Part shown: positions 11,901-24,428 of the stretch, one piece after another
Numbering within the stretch: the stretch's first letter is position 1
How the letters are laid out: every line of letters begins with the position of its first letter
The notes under the pieces: model-generated
Told to the model about the DNA's origin: nothing
What the model saw: the letters and a program-made list of their open reading frames with translations, nothing else
Databases searched by the model: none
Made by a program: the position numbers and the translations under genes
NCBI RefSeq assembly: GCF_006345805.1
Contig: NW_021836295.1
Location: 1-64,000 of the forward strand
Source of the DNA: Octopus sinensis
Lineage: Eukaryota
Direction: 5' to 3'
Length of the DNA: 64,000 nucleotides

Positions 11901-12410
11901 GATGTGTCGACGACGGCGACGAAAGACGATGGCGGATGGAGCTGTTGAGGAAGCGGAATTGGGGAAAATGAACGTGGAACATCGGTTTGGACAAAAGAGT
12001 TAGAAAAGCACGAACGCCTGAACGAGAGAAAGGAAAAAATATATACACGAGAAGATATGATAAAGAGAGACGGAGAGGAGAGGGGAAAGAGTTTAGGACG
12101 GAGGAGGAGGACGACGACATGGAGAATGATCACGGGAGGTGTAGTGGAAGAGGAGGAACGAGTGGGGAAGATATTTTGGTCGGATTGCTGGGTGGTAGAA
12201 ATAATACGATAGACTTATTTGACATATATCAACCAATCTGTTTACAGTTTGTTGACAGTTGGAGCTAAACTTTAAAGATTTGAACCATTTGAAGTGGAAA
12301 ATATTTACAAACAAAACGAAACAGCGAAGTTCTTTTAACCATATATTAATTTGTATATGCGAGCGAAGGTGCGTCAGTGTGCGTGTGTGTCTGGGTATAC
12401 ACATACAAAC

Positions 12411-12461
<51 letters not shown>

Positions 12462-12464
12462 TTC

Positions 12465-12681
12465 TACTCTTTTACTTGTTTCAGTCATTTGACTGCGGCC
12501 ATGCTGGAGCACCGCCTTTAGTCGATCAAATCGACCCCAGGATTCATTCTTTGTAAGCCTAGTACTTATTCTATCAGTCTCTCTTGCCAAACCGCTAAGT
12601 GACAGGGACGTAAACACGCCAGCATCAGTTGTCAAGCGATGTTGTGGGGACAAACACAGACACACAAACATTTACACACAG

Positions 12682-12768
<87 letters not shown>

Positions 12769-13037
12769 ATAATATATATATAATATATATATATATATAC
12801 GACATATATACATATATACGACATATATATATATATATATATACACACATACATATTTATATATATATACATATATACGACGGGCTTCTTTCAGTTTCCG
12901 TCTACCAAATCCACTCACAAGGCTTTGGTCGGTCCGAGGCTATAGTAGAAGACACTTGCCCAAGGTGCCACGCAGTGTGCGAATGAACCCGGAACCATGT
13001 GGTTTGTAAGCAAACTACTCACCACACAGCCACTCCT
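12465..13037 (-). mobile_element. tRNA-derived CORE-like SINE, family B, with internal (TA)n
   Basis: Head AGGAGTGGCTGTGTGG..GGTTC; TTGGGCAAGTGTCTT core-like motif; tail GACTGAAACAAGTAAAAGAGTA. Confidence 0.9.
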
Positions 13038-13329
13038 ATTATTACAAATTTGGGATTTTATCAATAGAATCGCAATTCCTATTTTCGGATAACCTTATTG
13101 TATGGAATATACATAGAAATTTATATCTAATAAAATAATATAAGCATTAAAAAAAAGCCTACTTATATTATTTTATTGGATATAACTTTCTATGTGTATT
13201 CCAGGTTGTCCTGAAACAGGAGTTGTGGTTCTATTGGTAAATCCCAAATTTGTAATAATATTATAAGTGATACTGTTTACATTGCATTAGTAAAATGTAA
13301 AATAGTAAATGTCCTGACAACCTGGAATA
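13037..13329. mobile_element. Foldback/MITE-like element
   Basis: 13037-13094 is an inverted copy of 13204-13260; 14-bp TIR TATTCCAGGTTGTC (13197-13210) / GACAACCTGGAATA (13316-13329). Confidence 0.65.
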
Positions 13330-13367
13330 TTTATTATTCCCTAAGGTTTAAAAAAATATTCATATAT

Positions 13368-13783
13368 AGGAGTGGCTGTGTGGTAAGTAGCTTGCTAACC
13401 AACCACATGGTTCCGGGTTCAGTCCCACTGCGTGGCATCTTGGGCAAGTGTCTTCTGCTATAGCCCCGGGCCAAACAATGCCTTGTGAGTGGATTTGGTA
13501 GACGGAAACTGAAAGAAGCCTGTCGTATATATGTATATATATATATATGTATGTGTGTTTGTTTGTGTGTCTGTGTTTGTCCCCCTAGCATTGCTTAACA
13601 ACCGATGCTGGTGTGTTTATCTCCCCGTTACTTAGCGGTTCGGCAAAAGAGACCGATAGAATAAGTACTGGGCTTACAAAAAGAATAAGTTCCGGGGTCG
13701 AGTTGCTCGATTAAAAGGCGGTGCTCCAGCATGGCCGCAGTCAAATGACTGAAACAAGTAAAAGAGTAAAAGAGTAAAGAGTA
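13368..13783 (+). mobile_element. SINE family B
   Basis: Full head, core, internal (TA)n and (GAGTAAAA)n-type tail. Confidence 0.92.
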
Positions 13784-14506
13784 TATATACTTCACTCTGT
13801 CCCTTTTCTTTTTTCTCGTCCCTCCCTAATTCTATCCCTCCGCCTCTATCTCTCTCCTCTCCTTCCACGTTTGTGTTACCACTTTCCAAGTCTATATATT
13901 TTTTGTACCCAATTTCTAGATTGAACTCTATGGAAATTATGGCTGCCTCATTAAATATGACCCTCTGCGTTGCAGTACTTAACTAGTAATCATGAATTTT
14001 GATTTCGTTCTGTTTTTTCGGTGTGTGGTTGCGCTATACTATTTGTGTTCGTGGCACAATTGTAACTTATTTTCTGGTTACGCCTGATAAAATCTTATCT
14101 ATATTTACAATTGAAAAGGAAGTGCTTGTCTGTCAAAATGAAAAAAATTTCTTACTGTATCCGATTTCACATTCAGTGAAAACAGAAAGGGACTGTACAG
14201 TTGCGTTTCACGTACGCTTTTCAGTGATTATGTTTGTTTATGCGTGTGGTTGGAGTTAGTCCACTGACGAGGCTCTGTCACACTTAAAATGAGAATTCGA
14301 TTTACGAATCTGAAACCTAAGGAAACACCCGATAATTTAAAGAGCGACACCATTTCTCAGGAGAGCCTGGTGCTACTAGTGTGTTTCATGCATTTACACT
14401 GTGCCAATGCAAATCCTACTGCAATCCCACAAGCAGGGGACCATATTGGAGAAAGGATATGAATTGCTAATATCGAGACCAAGACTTTTATTTCGTTACT
14501 CTTAAT

Positions 14507-14900
14507 CCTTTTACTTGTTTCAGTCATTTGACTGCGGCAATGCTGGAACACCACCTTTAGTCGAACAAACCGACCCCAGGACTTATTCTTTGTAAGCCTA
14601 GTACTTATTCTATCGGTCGTTTTTGCCGAACCGCTAAGTTACGGGGACGTAAACATATCAACATCGGTTGTCAAACGATGGTGGAGAGACAAACACACAC
14701 ACGCGCACACACTCAAATATATATATATATATATATATACGACGGGCTTTTTTCAGTTTCCGTCTATCAAATCCACTCACAAGATTTTGATCAACCCGAA
14801 GCTATAGTAGAAGACACTTACCCAAGTTACCACGCAGTGGGACTGAACCCGAAACCATGTGGTTGGGAAGTAAGCTTGTTACCATATAGCCACTCCTGCA
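14507..14900 (-). mobile_element. SINE family B
   Basis: Homologous to 13368-13783 over its full length. Confidence 0.88.
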
Positions 14901-15713
14901 TCTGCTTAGTTATTTCTCATTGAAAAGTCAGCAGCGTGGAAGGACAGAATGATGAGGGGCAAGTCTAAAGGAAGGTAAGAGGAATAGAATGAGAAGTGTA
15001 GAAAGACAAAATAGGAAAAGGAAGAGAAGTGAGAGATAATGAAGTAAGATGAAGATAGAAGAGGGTATAGGTAAAAGAGGTAGGCTGAGGCAAGGAAATA
15101 TGGAATGAGTTGTACTTTGGGAGGAGTATAAAAAAAGAGATGAGGGTAATTAAGAAGAGAGTGAGTAATAGGAAGAGAGAGGTAGTTGGAGGCAAAATGA
15201 AAGTAGAAAGAATGAGCGTAGCAGCAAATGAGAGAAAGTGACAGAGTTCGTGGTAGTGAATAAGAGAAAAAAGCTTTTTCGTTCAGTTATTTACTAGCAG
15301 AAGGACTACAAATTAGAAAAAAAAACAAGGACCAAGATAAATATACAAAAAACAGCTAGAAATAAAGGAAATGGAAGAAGAGGGTGAATGAAAGACATAT
15401 ACTCAGGCAGACAGCGGGGTTGAGAGACGTAAAAATGAGAAACAAACACACACATACATATATATAATATATATATATATATATACATATATACAGAAAG
15501 AGAGGGGGGAAGAGAGACAGACAGAGGGGCAAATTCAAAGAATAAACCTAGAACATGAAATATTGAAAACTAATTCCAAAATTAGTCCAGTTCATGTTTG
15601 TCTCTTGTCTCGCGTATTGTTGAAAGTTCCAAAATTGTTGCCTTCAAGCCACACAACTATGTTGTCGCTCTTTATGTATGTATACATATATATATATATG
15701 TATGTATATATAT

Positions 15714-15764
<51 letters not shown>

Positions 15765-16564
15765 TATATGCTTGTTATTCTTTGTTTTTGCTTTTTTTTA
15801 AATTTTATTTTATTTCATTTCATTTCATCCGTCTAACGAAGAGCCGCCATTTTATAAAACACTCCTGATCTACAATTGAACATTCTGGAAATTCAAATAT
15901 AAGCAGTAAAAAGCTGAATACATCATATGATGGCAATAAATTAGTTTAGAATGGAACTATAATGGAATTGTATTCTGAAAATGTCTTAAACGACTGTTTG
16001 GGTTTCTTTGTTCTACTTTTTCGTTTTTCTTCTTTCTTTCATGTTTTTCTATTGTTTCTGCGTTTTCACGTAAATTTTTTCCTTTTTCTTTCTTTTTTCT
16101 AGTTTCACAATGTTCTGTTTCTTTTGTTTATTTTTTATTTTTATTAGATTAATTTTCGTTATAAAATATAGTTTTGAAGTTTACAATGCGTTATGTTTGT
16201 ATAGTTTGTTCAACTAATGTCTCTTTGTTTTTGTTTTTTTTCTTTTCTTTCCATTTGAGGGTTTTTAGCTGTGGTGGCCAAAATAAAGCTAATATAACCA
16301 ACAGGGGAGGGTGGAATCTGAGGAACATACGTATTGTGTATGCATGTATGCATCCAAACATGTATGTATGTATGTATGTATGTGTGCGCGTCTGTGTAAA
16401 TACATAAACGCATTTATATGTAATATTGCATATAAATGCATATATGAATATATATATATATACATATACCTATATGGGTGTACATTTATATGTATGTCTA
16501 TGTATGTACGTTTATATGTATTACATATAAACGCATTTATATATAATATTGCATATAAATGCAA

Positions 16565-16595
<31 letters not shown>

Positions 16596-16650
16596 TATAA
16601 TTATATATGTAGATGTGTATACATACACACATATACATATACACACACAG

Positions 16651-16685
<35 letters not shown>

Positions 16686-16921
16686 TATATGTGTGTACGT
16701 TTATATGTATGTCTATATATATATACTATTTGTGTCTAATAAAGAAATAAAAAATAAAGAAATAATATACTATTTGTGTGTGTGTGTATATATATATATA
16801 TGTGTGTATGTATGTATATATATATGTGTGTATGTATATATATATATGTGTGTATGCATATAGATATATAGATATATACACACACACACACAAATATATA
16901 TACATATAATATATTCACACA

Positions 16922-16969
<48 letters not shown>

Positions 16970-17164
16970 TACACACACCTGATATGAGATGTGAGAAAAA
17001 TAAATATTTGTCTTACACGTTTCGCTTGTAAGAATTGACGTTGCTGGCATATTTTCGGAAATTCTGTTTGTCATGTGTTGCTATGGTGCTATGCTATGGC
17101 GCTCTTGCCTTCCTCTACATCTTCATTTCTACGAAGTAAATTTAGGTGGCGCGCTAGTGACTAA

Positions 17165-17193
17165 TGATAGTGATAGCTAGTAGTAGTAGTAGT

Positions 17194-17235
<42 letters not shown>

Positions 17236-17294
17236 TAGTAGAGGCGGTGGTGACAGTGGTGATGGTGGTGGTTGTTGTAACAGCAGCAGCAGTG

Positions 17295-17340
<46 letters not shown>

Positions 17341-17780
17341 CAGCAACAGTGGTGGTGATGGTGGTGGTGGAGGTGGTGGTGTGATGGAGTTGTAGTAATG
17401 GCGGTGGTGGTGGTGGTGGTGGTGGTGGTGGTAGTGCTGGTAGTGGTAGTTGTGCTGGTGGTGGCTGGGTGGGATTTGGTAGTGGTGTTAGTATTATTGT
17501 GTTGGTGGTGTTGCTGGTGGTAGTGGTAGTGGTGGTGGTGGTGGTGGCGGTAGTAGTAGTAGTATTAGTAGAGTAGTAGTAGTAGTAGTAGTATAGTAGT
17601 AGTAGTAGTACTAGTCTTCTTTTTAACGATGTCGGTGTTCACGGTGGTAGCAATGATGGTTATAACAGCCGTGCTTGTGATTGTAGCTGTTGTTGCTGAT
17701 ATTGTTCCTATCATTATTATTGCTGTTGTTGTTGATGTTGTTGTTACCGTCGCTGTTGTTGTTGTTGTTGTTGTTTTCGT
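17165..17780. repeat. (TAG/GGT/GTT)n compound microsatellite
   Basis: Direct observation. Confidence 0.9.
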
Positions 17781-18152
17781 AATGATTGCCGTTTCAATGG
17801 TTGTTGGCAATAGTTTTCATCGCTTTAACGTTGGCTGTGGTGATAATGCTGAATGCGATTAATAATACCCAATTTGTTACTAGATCTCGCAGATATCAGA
17901 TGAAAGGACTTTGTGCAATGAGATACCCTTTATATTTTATCTGACAATACTGTATCTGGGATGGTGATATCTATTGTAGTCTTTTTCAAAGATGATAGAG
18001 TATGAATTGAAGAAGATGTAGCAGATATTTTTAGCAGAAGAGGCGACTCCACACGCATTAGCTGTTTCTTAAAATCATTGTCTCTCCTTTCCAGATCAGA
18101 CATCTTGGTTTCACAGTTTGGCATAGCACCAGCAAGTTTGTGGAAGTAGTAA

Positions 18153-19325
18153 GTAGATTACATCGACACCAGAGCTCAACTGGTATTTATTTTATCGATC
18201 CCAAAAGGATAAAAGGCAAAGTCGACTACGACGGAACGTAAGGACGGAAGAAATGCCGCAAAGCATTCAACTCGGTATGCTAACGGTTCTTATTTCTTTA
18301 CTGCCCACAAGGGGCTACACACAAAGGAGACAAACAAGGACAGACAAACGGATTAAGTAGATTATATCGACCCCAGTGCGTAACTGGTACTTATTTAATC
18401 GAACCCGAAAGGATGAAAGGCAAAGTTGACATCGGCGGAATTTGAACTCACAACATAAAGACAGGCGAAACAACGCTAAGCATTTCGTCCGGCGTGCTAA
18501 CGTTTCTTATTTCTTTATTGCCCGCAAGGGGCTAAACATAGAGAGGACGAACAAATACAGACAAGAGATTAAGTCGATTACACCGACCCCAGTGCGCAAC
18601 TGGTACTTAATTTATCGACCCCGAAAGGATGAAAGGTAAAGTCAACTACGGTGGAATTTGAACTCAGAACGTAAAGTCAAGCGAAATACCTATTTCTTTA
18701 CTACCCACAAGGGGCTAAACATAGAGAGGACAAACAAGGACAAACGAATTAAGTCGTTTATATCGACCCCAGTGCGTAACCGGTATTTAATTTATCGACC
18801 CCGAAAGGATGAAAGGCAAAGTCGGCCTCGGCGGAATTTGAACTCAGAACGCAGCGGCGGACGAAATACCACGAAGCATTTCACCCGGCGTGCTAACGAT
18901 TCTGCCAGCTCGACGCGCTAAAAATAATCTTTTCTATTCTAGAGACAAGGCCCGAAATTGTGGGGGAGGGATCCAGTTGATTAGAACGACCTCTGTAAGC
19001 AAATGGTACTTAATTTATCGACCCCAAAAGGATGAAAGGCAAAGTCGACCTCGGCGGAATTTGAACTCAACACATAAAGACAGGCGAAATACATATTTCT
19101 TTACTGCCCACAAGGGGCTACACACAAAGGGGACAAAGAAGGACAGACAAACGGATTAAGTCGATTATATCCACCCCAGTGCGTAACTGGTACTTATTTA
19201 ATCGACCCCGAAAGGATGAAAGGCAAAGTCGTCCTCGGCAGAATTAGAACTCAGAACGTTGCGGCAGACGAAATACAGCTAAGCATTTCGCCCGGCATGC
19301 TAACGTTTCTGCCAGCTCGCTGTCT
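18153..19325 (-). mobile_element. Head-to-tail array of about 6 SINE A/A2 units
   Basis: Repeated ATCGACCCCGAAAGGATGAAAGG blocks joined at CTAACGTTTC|TTATTTC or GAAATAC|CTATTTC. Confidence 0.88.
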
Positions 19326-20259
19326 TAGACCAGACAAATATTAAAAAAGAAGAGATAGGCACAGATATAGTGACAGCACCAATAATCATATTAGCTTTAA
19401 AACATGCTAGGATGTACACCAAATTTAATGGAACAGAACCTGCAATGTCCGGTTGAATTCAGCTTGCTCCGTTTCGTTACGATCACCACCGAAGTACGAG
19501 AGGTTCTCAAAAGTTCCTTGCTTTGGGTAAAAGAAAATACAAGAGGATCAGTTAATTATGATTTCATCCAACATGTCATCCTCTCAGATTTACACATTTA
19601 TTGTAGCAGTCCTTCAGTTTTTCTTCTAAGCCCTTAAAAGAACTCGGGACGTTGAGCCTCCAACCTCCCCTTTCGCGATACTCTAAAAGCCAGGAACGTT
19701 TCTGCACCACCACACCACCCTTGCATGTGAGTGAACAGAAGCAGACAGGGTAATGGAGAAAGGTCAAAATGCCCAAACTGGCCCACTGCAACCCTTATAA
19801 TCCTTTTCTATGTGTGTGGGTGTGCAATGAGGTTCATGAATTGGTGGAGACACAATATAAAGGGAAGGGGATTCTATTCTACGAGTCATTAGTCCAACAG
19901 GACTGTCCTGGGGCATAATGATAATGACAACAGCAATAACAACAACTTGGTGTATGATGCACAAATATTTAAGACCAGAGAGGAAAACAACGAGATGGAA
20001 GAGAGTTCCAGGGTGTGGCATTTAGAAGGTTAAAGTACGACTCCAATAAGACTGCCTCATTCGTGGAAGCAGAACAGTATTTGGTTGAAGACGATGAGGG
20101 TTTCGAATCAGAGGAGATGCTACAAAATGATCAGGAACTGTAAGTGAAAGTTCATCAGAGCGCTTCTTCTGGTGGTAACGATAGAAACAGAGAAGACTGA
20201 CACTGGTGACGTCACGTCGTCCTTGATACCGTGGTGGTGGTGGTGGTGATGGTCGTCGT

Positions 20260-20745
20260 CGTCGTCTCCTTCTTTCTCTTCTTTCCCTTCTTTCTCTTCT
20301 TCTTTTTATTTCTCTTTTTTCTCTTCTTTCTCTTTCTCTTCTTCTTTCTCTTTCTTCTTTCTCTTCTTCTTTCTCTTTCTTCTTTCTCTTCTTCTTCGTT
20401 CTATTTCTTCTTTCTCTTCTTCTTCTTTCTCTTTCTTCTTTCTCTTCTTCTTCTTTCTCTTTCTTCTTTCTCTTCTTCTTCTTCTTCTTCTTCTTTCTTT
20501 TCTTCCTCTTCTTTCTTTTCTTCTTCTTTTTCTTCATTCTTCTTTCTCGTTTTCTTCTTCTTTCTCTTCTTCTTCTGCTTATTCTTCATTCGCTCCTTTT
20601 CCCTTCTTTCTCTTCTTTTTTCTCTTCTTTCTCTTCTTTCTTTTGTTCTTTTTCTTCTTCTTTCTCTTCTTTTTTCTCGTCCTTCTTCTTCTTCTTCTTC
20701 TTCTTCTTCTTCTTCTTCTTCTTCTTCTTCTTCTACTTCTTCTTC
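20260..20745. repeat. Polypyrimidine (CTT/TCT)n tract
   Basis: Direct observation. Confidence 0.95.
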
Positions 20746-21050
20746 GACCCAGTCTTACATGTAAGCATTATCGAATGTGTTCTTCCTTGTTAAAGACAGC
20801 AGAATGTATAAAATTTGACTGCTATTGCTAGCATGACAGAGACCACGCAGAACATTCCTCGTTCCTTTGGACATCTTGCCGTCAATGTTGATATTGAAGC
20901 TTATCACAAATTCGACGCTAGATAAATATGACATACGATCGAAATTGTTCCAAGTAATACCAGAGTGTCTTTCTGTGCCTTTAGGTTGTGATTTGTAGAA
21001 AATGTGGCTGCTATTTCTAGTTGGTGCACCTTGTGTCTCGTTGCATCTCG

Positions 21051-21450
21051 TTTACTCGTTTACTTGTTTCAGTCATTTAACTGCGGCCATGCTGGGGCAC
21101 CGCCTTAAGTCGAGCAAATCGACCCCGGGACTTATTCTTTGTAAGCCCAGTACTTATTCTATCAGTCTCTTTTGCCGAACCGCTAATTGACGGGGACGTA
21201 AACACACCAGCATCGGTTGTCAAGCAATGCTAGGGGGACAAACACAGACACACAAGCACACACATACATATATATATATACATATATACGACAGGCTTCT
21301 TTCAGTTTCCGTCAACCAAATCCACTCACAAGGCATTGGTCGGCCCGGGGCTATAGCAGAAGACACTTGCCCAAGATGCCACGCAGTGGGACTGAACCCG
21401 GAACCATGTGGCTGGTTAGCAAGCTACTTACCACACAGCCACTCCTGCGC
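21051..21450 (-). mobile_element. SINE family B
   Basis: Full length; ends GCCACTCCTGCGCC on the plus strand. Confidence 0.92.
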
Positions 21451-22019
21451 CTTTTAAAAAAAAACGTAATCGAAAACTGACATTTCCTTTAATTTTCATA
21501 AAATCAATAAATTAAAATGCGAGCAATTATACAGGAAAACTGTGGACGACTTGTCCCCCGTGAGAATCTTATTAAAATTCGGCTACATTAGCAATTACAA
21601 CAATAACAAGTAGAAGAGCAACAATTACAAAAGCAACGACAGCAATCACTACGTATTAAGGAAATAAGAAAAAGCCATTTCTTTGATAAGGCATTCTAAA
21701 GTAGAAAGACCGACATAACATTTGTAAAAGAAATTTGAGAACGACAAAAAAATACAGTCGCAGCTACGACATAGAATATGATAAGATTAGATAAGCGGTT
21801 GTGTCATAAAAAGGAAGGTGTATACGTATGTACATAAGATATACACACATACATACATACAGACACACACGGACATATATATCTACATATTTATGTATAT
21901 CCATATATGTACATATAAATATATATATATATATATAGACAGATAGATAAATATATATATATAGACAGATAGATATATATATATGTATATACGTATATAT
22001 ATATTTATATATATATATG

Positions 22020-22066
<47 letters not shown>

Positions 22067-22272
22067 TATGTATGTATGCATATGTGTAGGAAGGTCGGTA
22101 GGTTTGTAGGTAGAGAATGAGAGAATGGGTGTAGGTGAAAATGGATACTCGCGATACTCTAAGCAGCAACAGAGTAATCTCATCAGAAGGAGAAATAATT
22201 ACACTCTCCTTCTGTATCGAGTACATATTACCTCCCCCTTATAAACACTAACACATACACACACACATGTGC

Positions 22273-22354
<82 letters not shown>

Positions 22355-22668
22355 ATGAATATATACATATATAACACACACACACACACACATTGTGTGT
22401 GAGTCTGTGGTAGGTTGGATTATCTCAAAATTAATGTCAGGAACCTAGATACATTGATATGCCAAGGACATTATCTTTCCTAATATCCTTCTCAACAGCG
22501 GAATTCTTGTGAGAAAATTGAATGCAGTAAACTTGAACATTGTTATATGTTTATGTTTGGCAATAAAACTCATAGGCAAAATGAAAATGCGTTTATATAC
22601 ACACTGCAACAACACATAAATATATAAATACACACACACACACCACACACACACATATTATATATATA

Positions 22669-22709
<41 letters not shown>

Positions 22710-22889
22710 TGAATATATCCAATACCTTTGTATGTGAAAGCTTGTTTGCGTGAATTTGTCCGAGCGTATGTCTACTTCAGTGAATGAATTTTTTTGATCA
22801 CTATGATAAATAAAAACTTGTTACAGGGTGACAGAGTGTGTAATTTGGCGGGAGGTATTGGCTGATTTACACTGGCATCATTACTTACT

Positions 22890-23222
22890 TGGTACAGTAT
22901 CTTATTGACGCCCCGGATAGTTTTGAACTCAGAATGCAAAGATTCGGAAAAAATAAATACTGCAAGAAATGTTTACTCGATGCACTAAAGATTTTGTCGG
23001 CGGCTCTCCACTTCAATGCCCCCAACAAATAATATTGGTTTCAAATTTTGGCAGCAATTTCAGCGAAGGAGATAAGTCGATTACGTCGATCCCAATACTC
23101 AACTAGTACTTATTTAATCGACCCTGAGAGAATGAAAGGTAAAATTTGAACTCAGAACGTAAGGATGGACGAAATGCTGCAAAGTATTTGCCCCGTGTGT
23201 GCTAACGATTCTGTCAGCTTAC
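22890..23222 (-). mobile_element. Diverged SINE A2 units
   Basis: TTTGAACTCAGAA and GCTAACGATTCTG motifs. Confidence 0.6.
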
Positions 23223-23224
23223 CG

Positions 23225-23452
23225 CGTTTCCTTCTGGAGCAATGCCAGGTTTCAGTGGCGTAGAAATTCCCCACCTGGACGGGACGCCGATCAGTTGCAG
23301 CGTTACTCATTTTTGCCAGCTAAGTGGACTGGAGCAACGTGAAATGAAGTGTTTTGCTCAAGAACACAACGCATCACCCGGTCCAGGAATCAAAACCATA
23401 CTATTATGATCATGAGTCCAACACGCTAACCACAAACCCATGCGCCTCCACT
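23225..23452 (-). mobile_element. CORE-type tRNA SINE, family D1
   Basis: Head GTGGAGGCGCATGG; TTCTTGAGCAAAACACTTCATTTCACGTTGCTCCAGTCCAC core-like block; tail similar to family C. Confidence 0.75.
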
Positions 23453-23459
23453 CTTTTCT

Positions 23460-24062
23460 GCTATAGGCACAAGGCCTGAAATTTTGGCGGAAGGGGTTAA
23501 TCGATTACATCGATCCCAGTATTCAACTGGTACTTAATTTATCGACCTCGAAAGGATAAAAGGCAGACGAAATACCTATTTCTTTACTACCCTCAAGGGG
23601 CTAAACACAGAGAGGACAAATAAGGACAGACAAACGGATTAAGTCGATTATATCGACCCCAGTGCGTAACTGGTACTTATTTAATCGACCCCGAAAGGAT
23701 GAAAGGCACAGTCGACCTCGGCGGAATTTGAACTCAGACGAAATACCGCTAATCTTTTCGCTCGGCATGCTAACGATTCTGCCAGCTTACCGCCATGCTA
23801 ACCAATATTGTCTTCAAATTTTGGCGCATGGCCAGCGAGTTCGTAAAGGGGCAGAGGTAGTGGGGTAGTCTATTATATCGACCCTAGTACATAACTGCTA
23901 CTTATTTTATCGGCCCAGAAAGAATGAAAGGCTTTGGCAGAATTCGAACTCAGAACGTAAAATTGGGCAAAATACTTACCAACATTTTTGCCTGGTGTGC
24001 TAACGATTCTCCCATCAATATTTTTGCCTGGTGGGCTAACGATTCTGCCAGCTCACCGACTT
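23460..24062 (-). mobile_element. SINE A2/A composite array
   Basis: A2 tail GGCACAAGGCCTGAAATTTT; junction AATACC|TATTTCTTTACT near 23575; short duplication in the head. Confidence 0.78.
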
Positions 24063-24181
24063 AACTAACGGTAATATTTATATTCTTAATGTTTTCTTTA
24101 TTTACCTCAAAGTAATGAACGGAGTGACATAAAATGGCAGATTGTAATACGGGGGTGATTTTATTTTATTTTATTTTAAAA

Positions 24182-24428
24182 CCCATTAGTGCCCCAATTT
24201 TTTTTTTTATTTGATTTATTACCAAAAATCCTTTTTTATACAACTTTTTTCTGATACTATATCTATAAACTTTTTTCTGATACTATATCTATAAAAAAAT
24301 TATTACAATATTTGAACGACATTCCAGTCTTGATTACGAACAAAAGATATCTCAGAAAAATACAGGTGTTGCAGAAATATGATGGATTATCCTTCTGGTC
24401 CTAAAAAAGGACCATGGGTGCTAATGGG
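24182..24428. mobile_element. Non-autonomous piggyBac-type MITE
   Basis: TIRs CCCATTAGTGCCC / GGGTGCTAATGGG; TTAA at 24429-24432, degenerate TTAAAA on the left. Confidence 0.7.

Noticed and set aside
17930-18150. Protein-like minus-strand frame MPNCETKMSDLERRDNDFKKQL..
   Set aside because: Short, no recognisable family, lies between repeats; possibly a decayed element fragment, not supportable as a CDS.
20755-21051. 98-codon stop-free frame on the minus strand
   Set aside because: No recognisable motif or clear splice signals; frames of this length are expected occasionally by chance in 64 kb.
24243-24295. Short tandem duplication (about 26 bp) inside the MITE
   Set aside because: Ordinary slippage.
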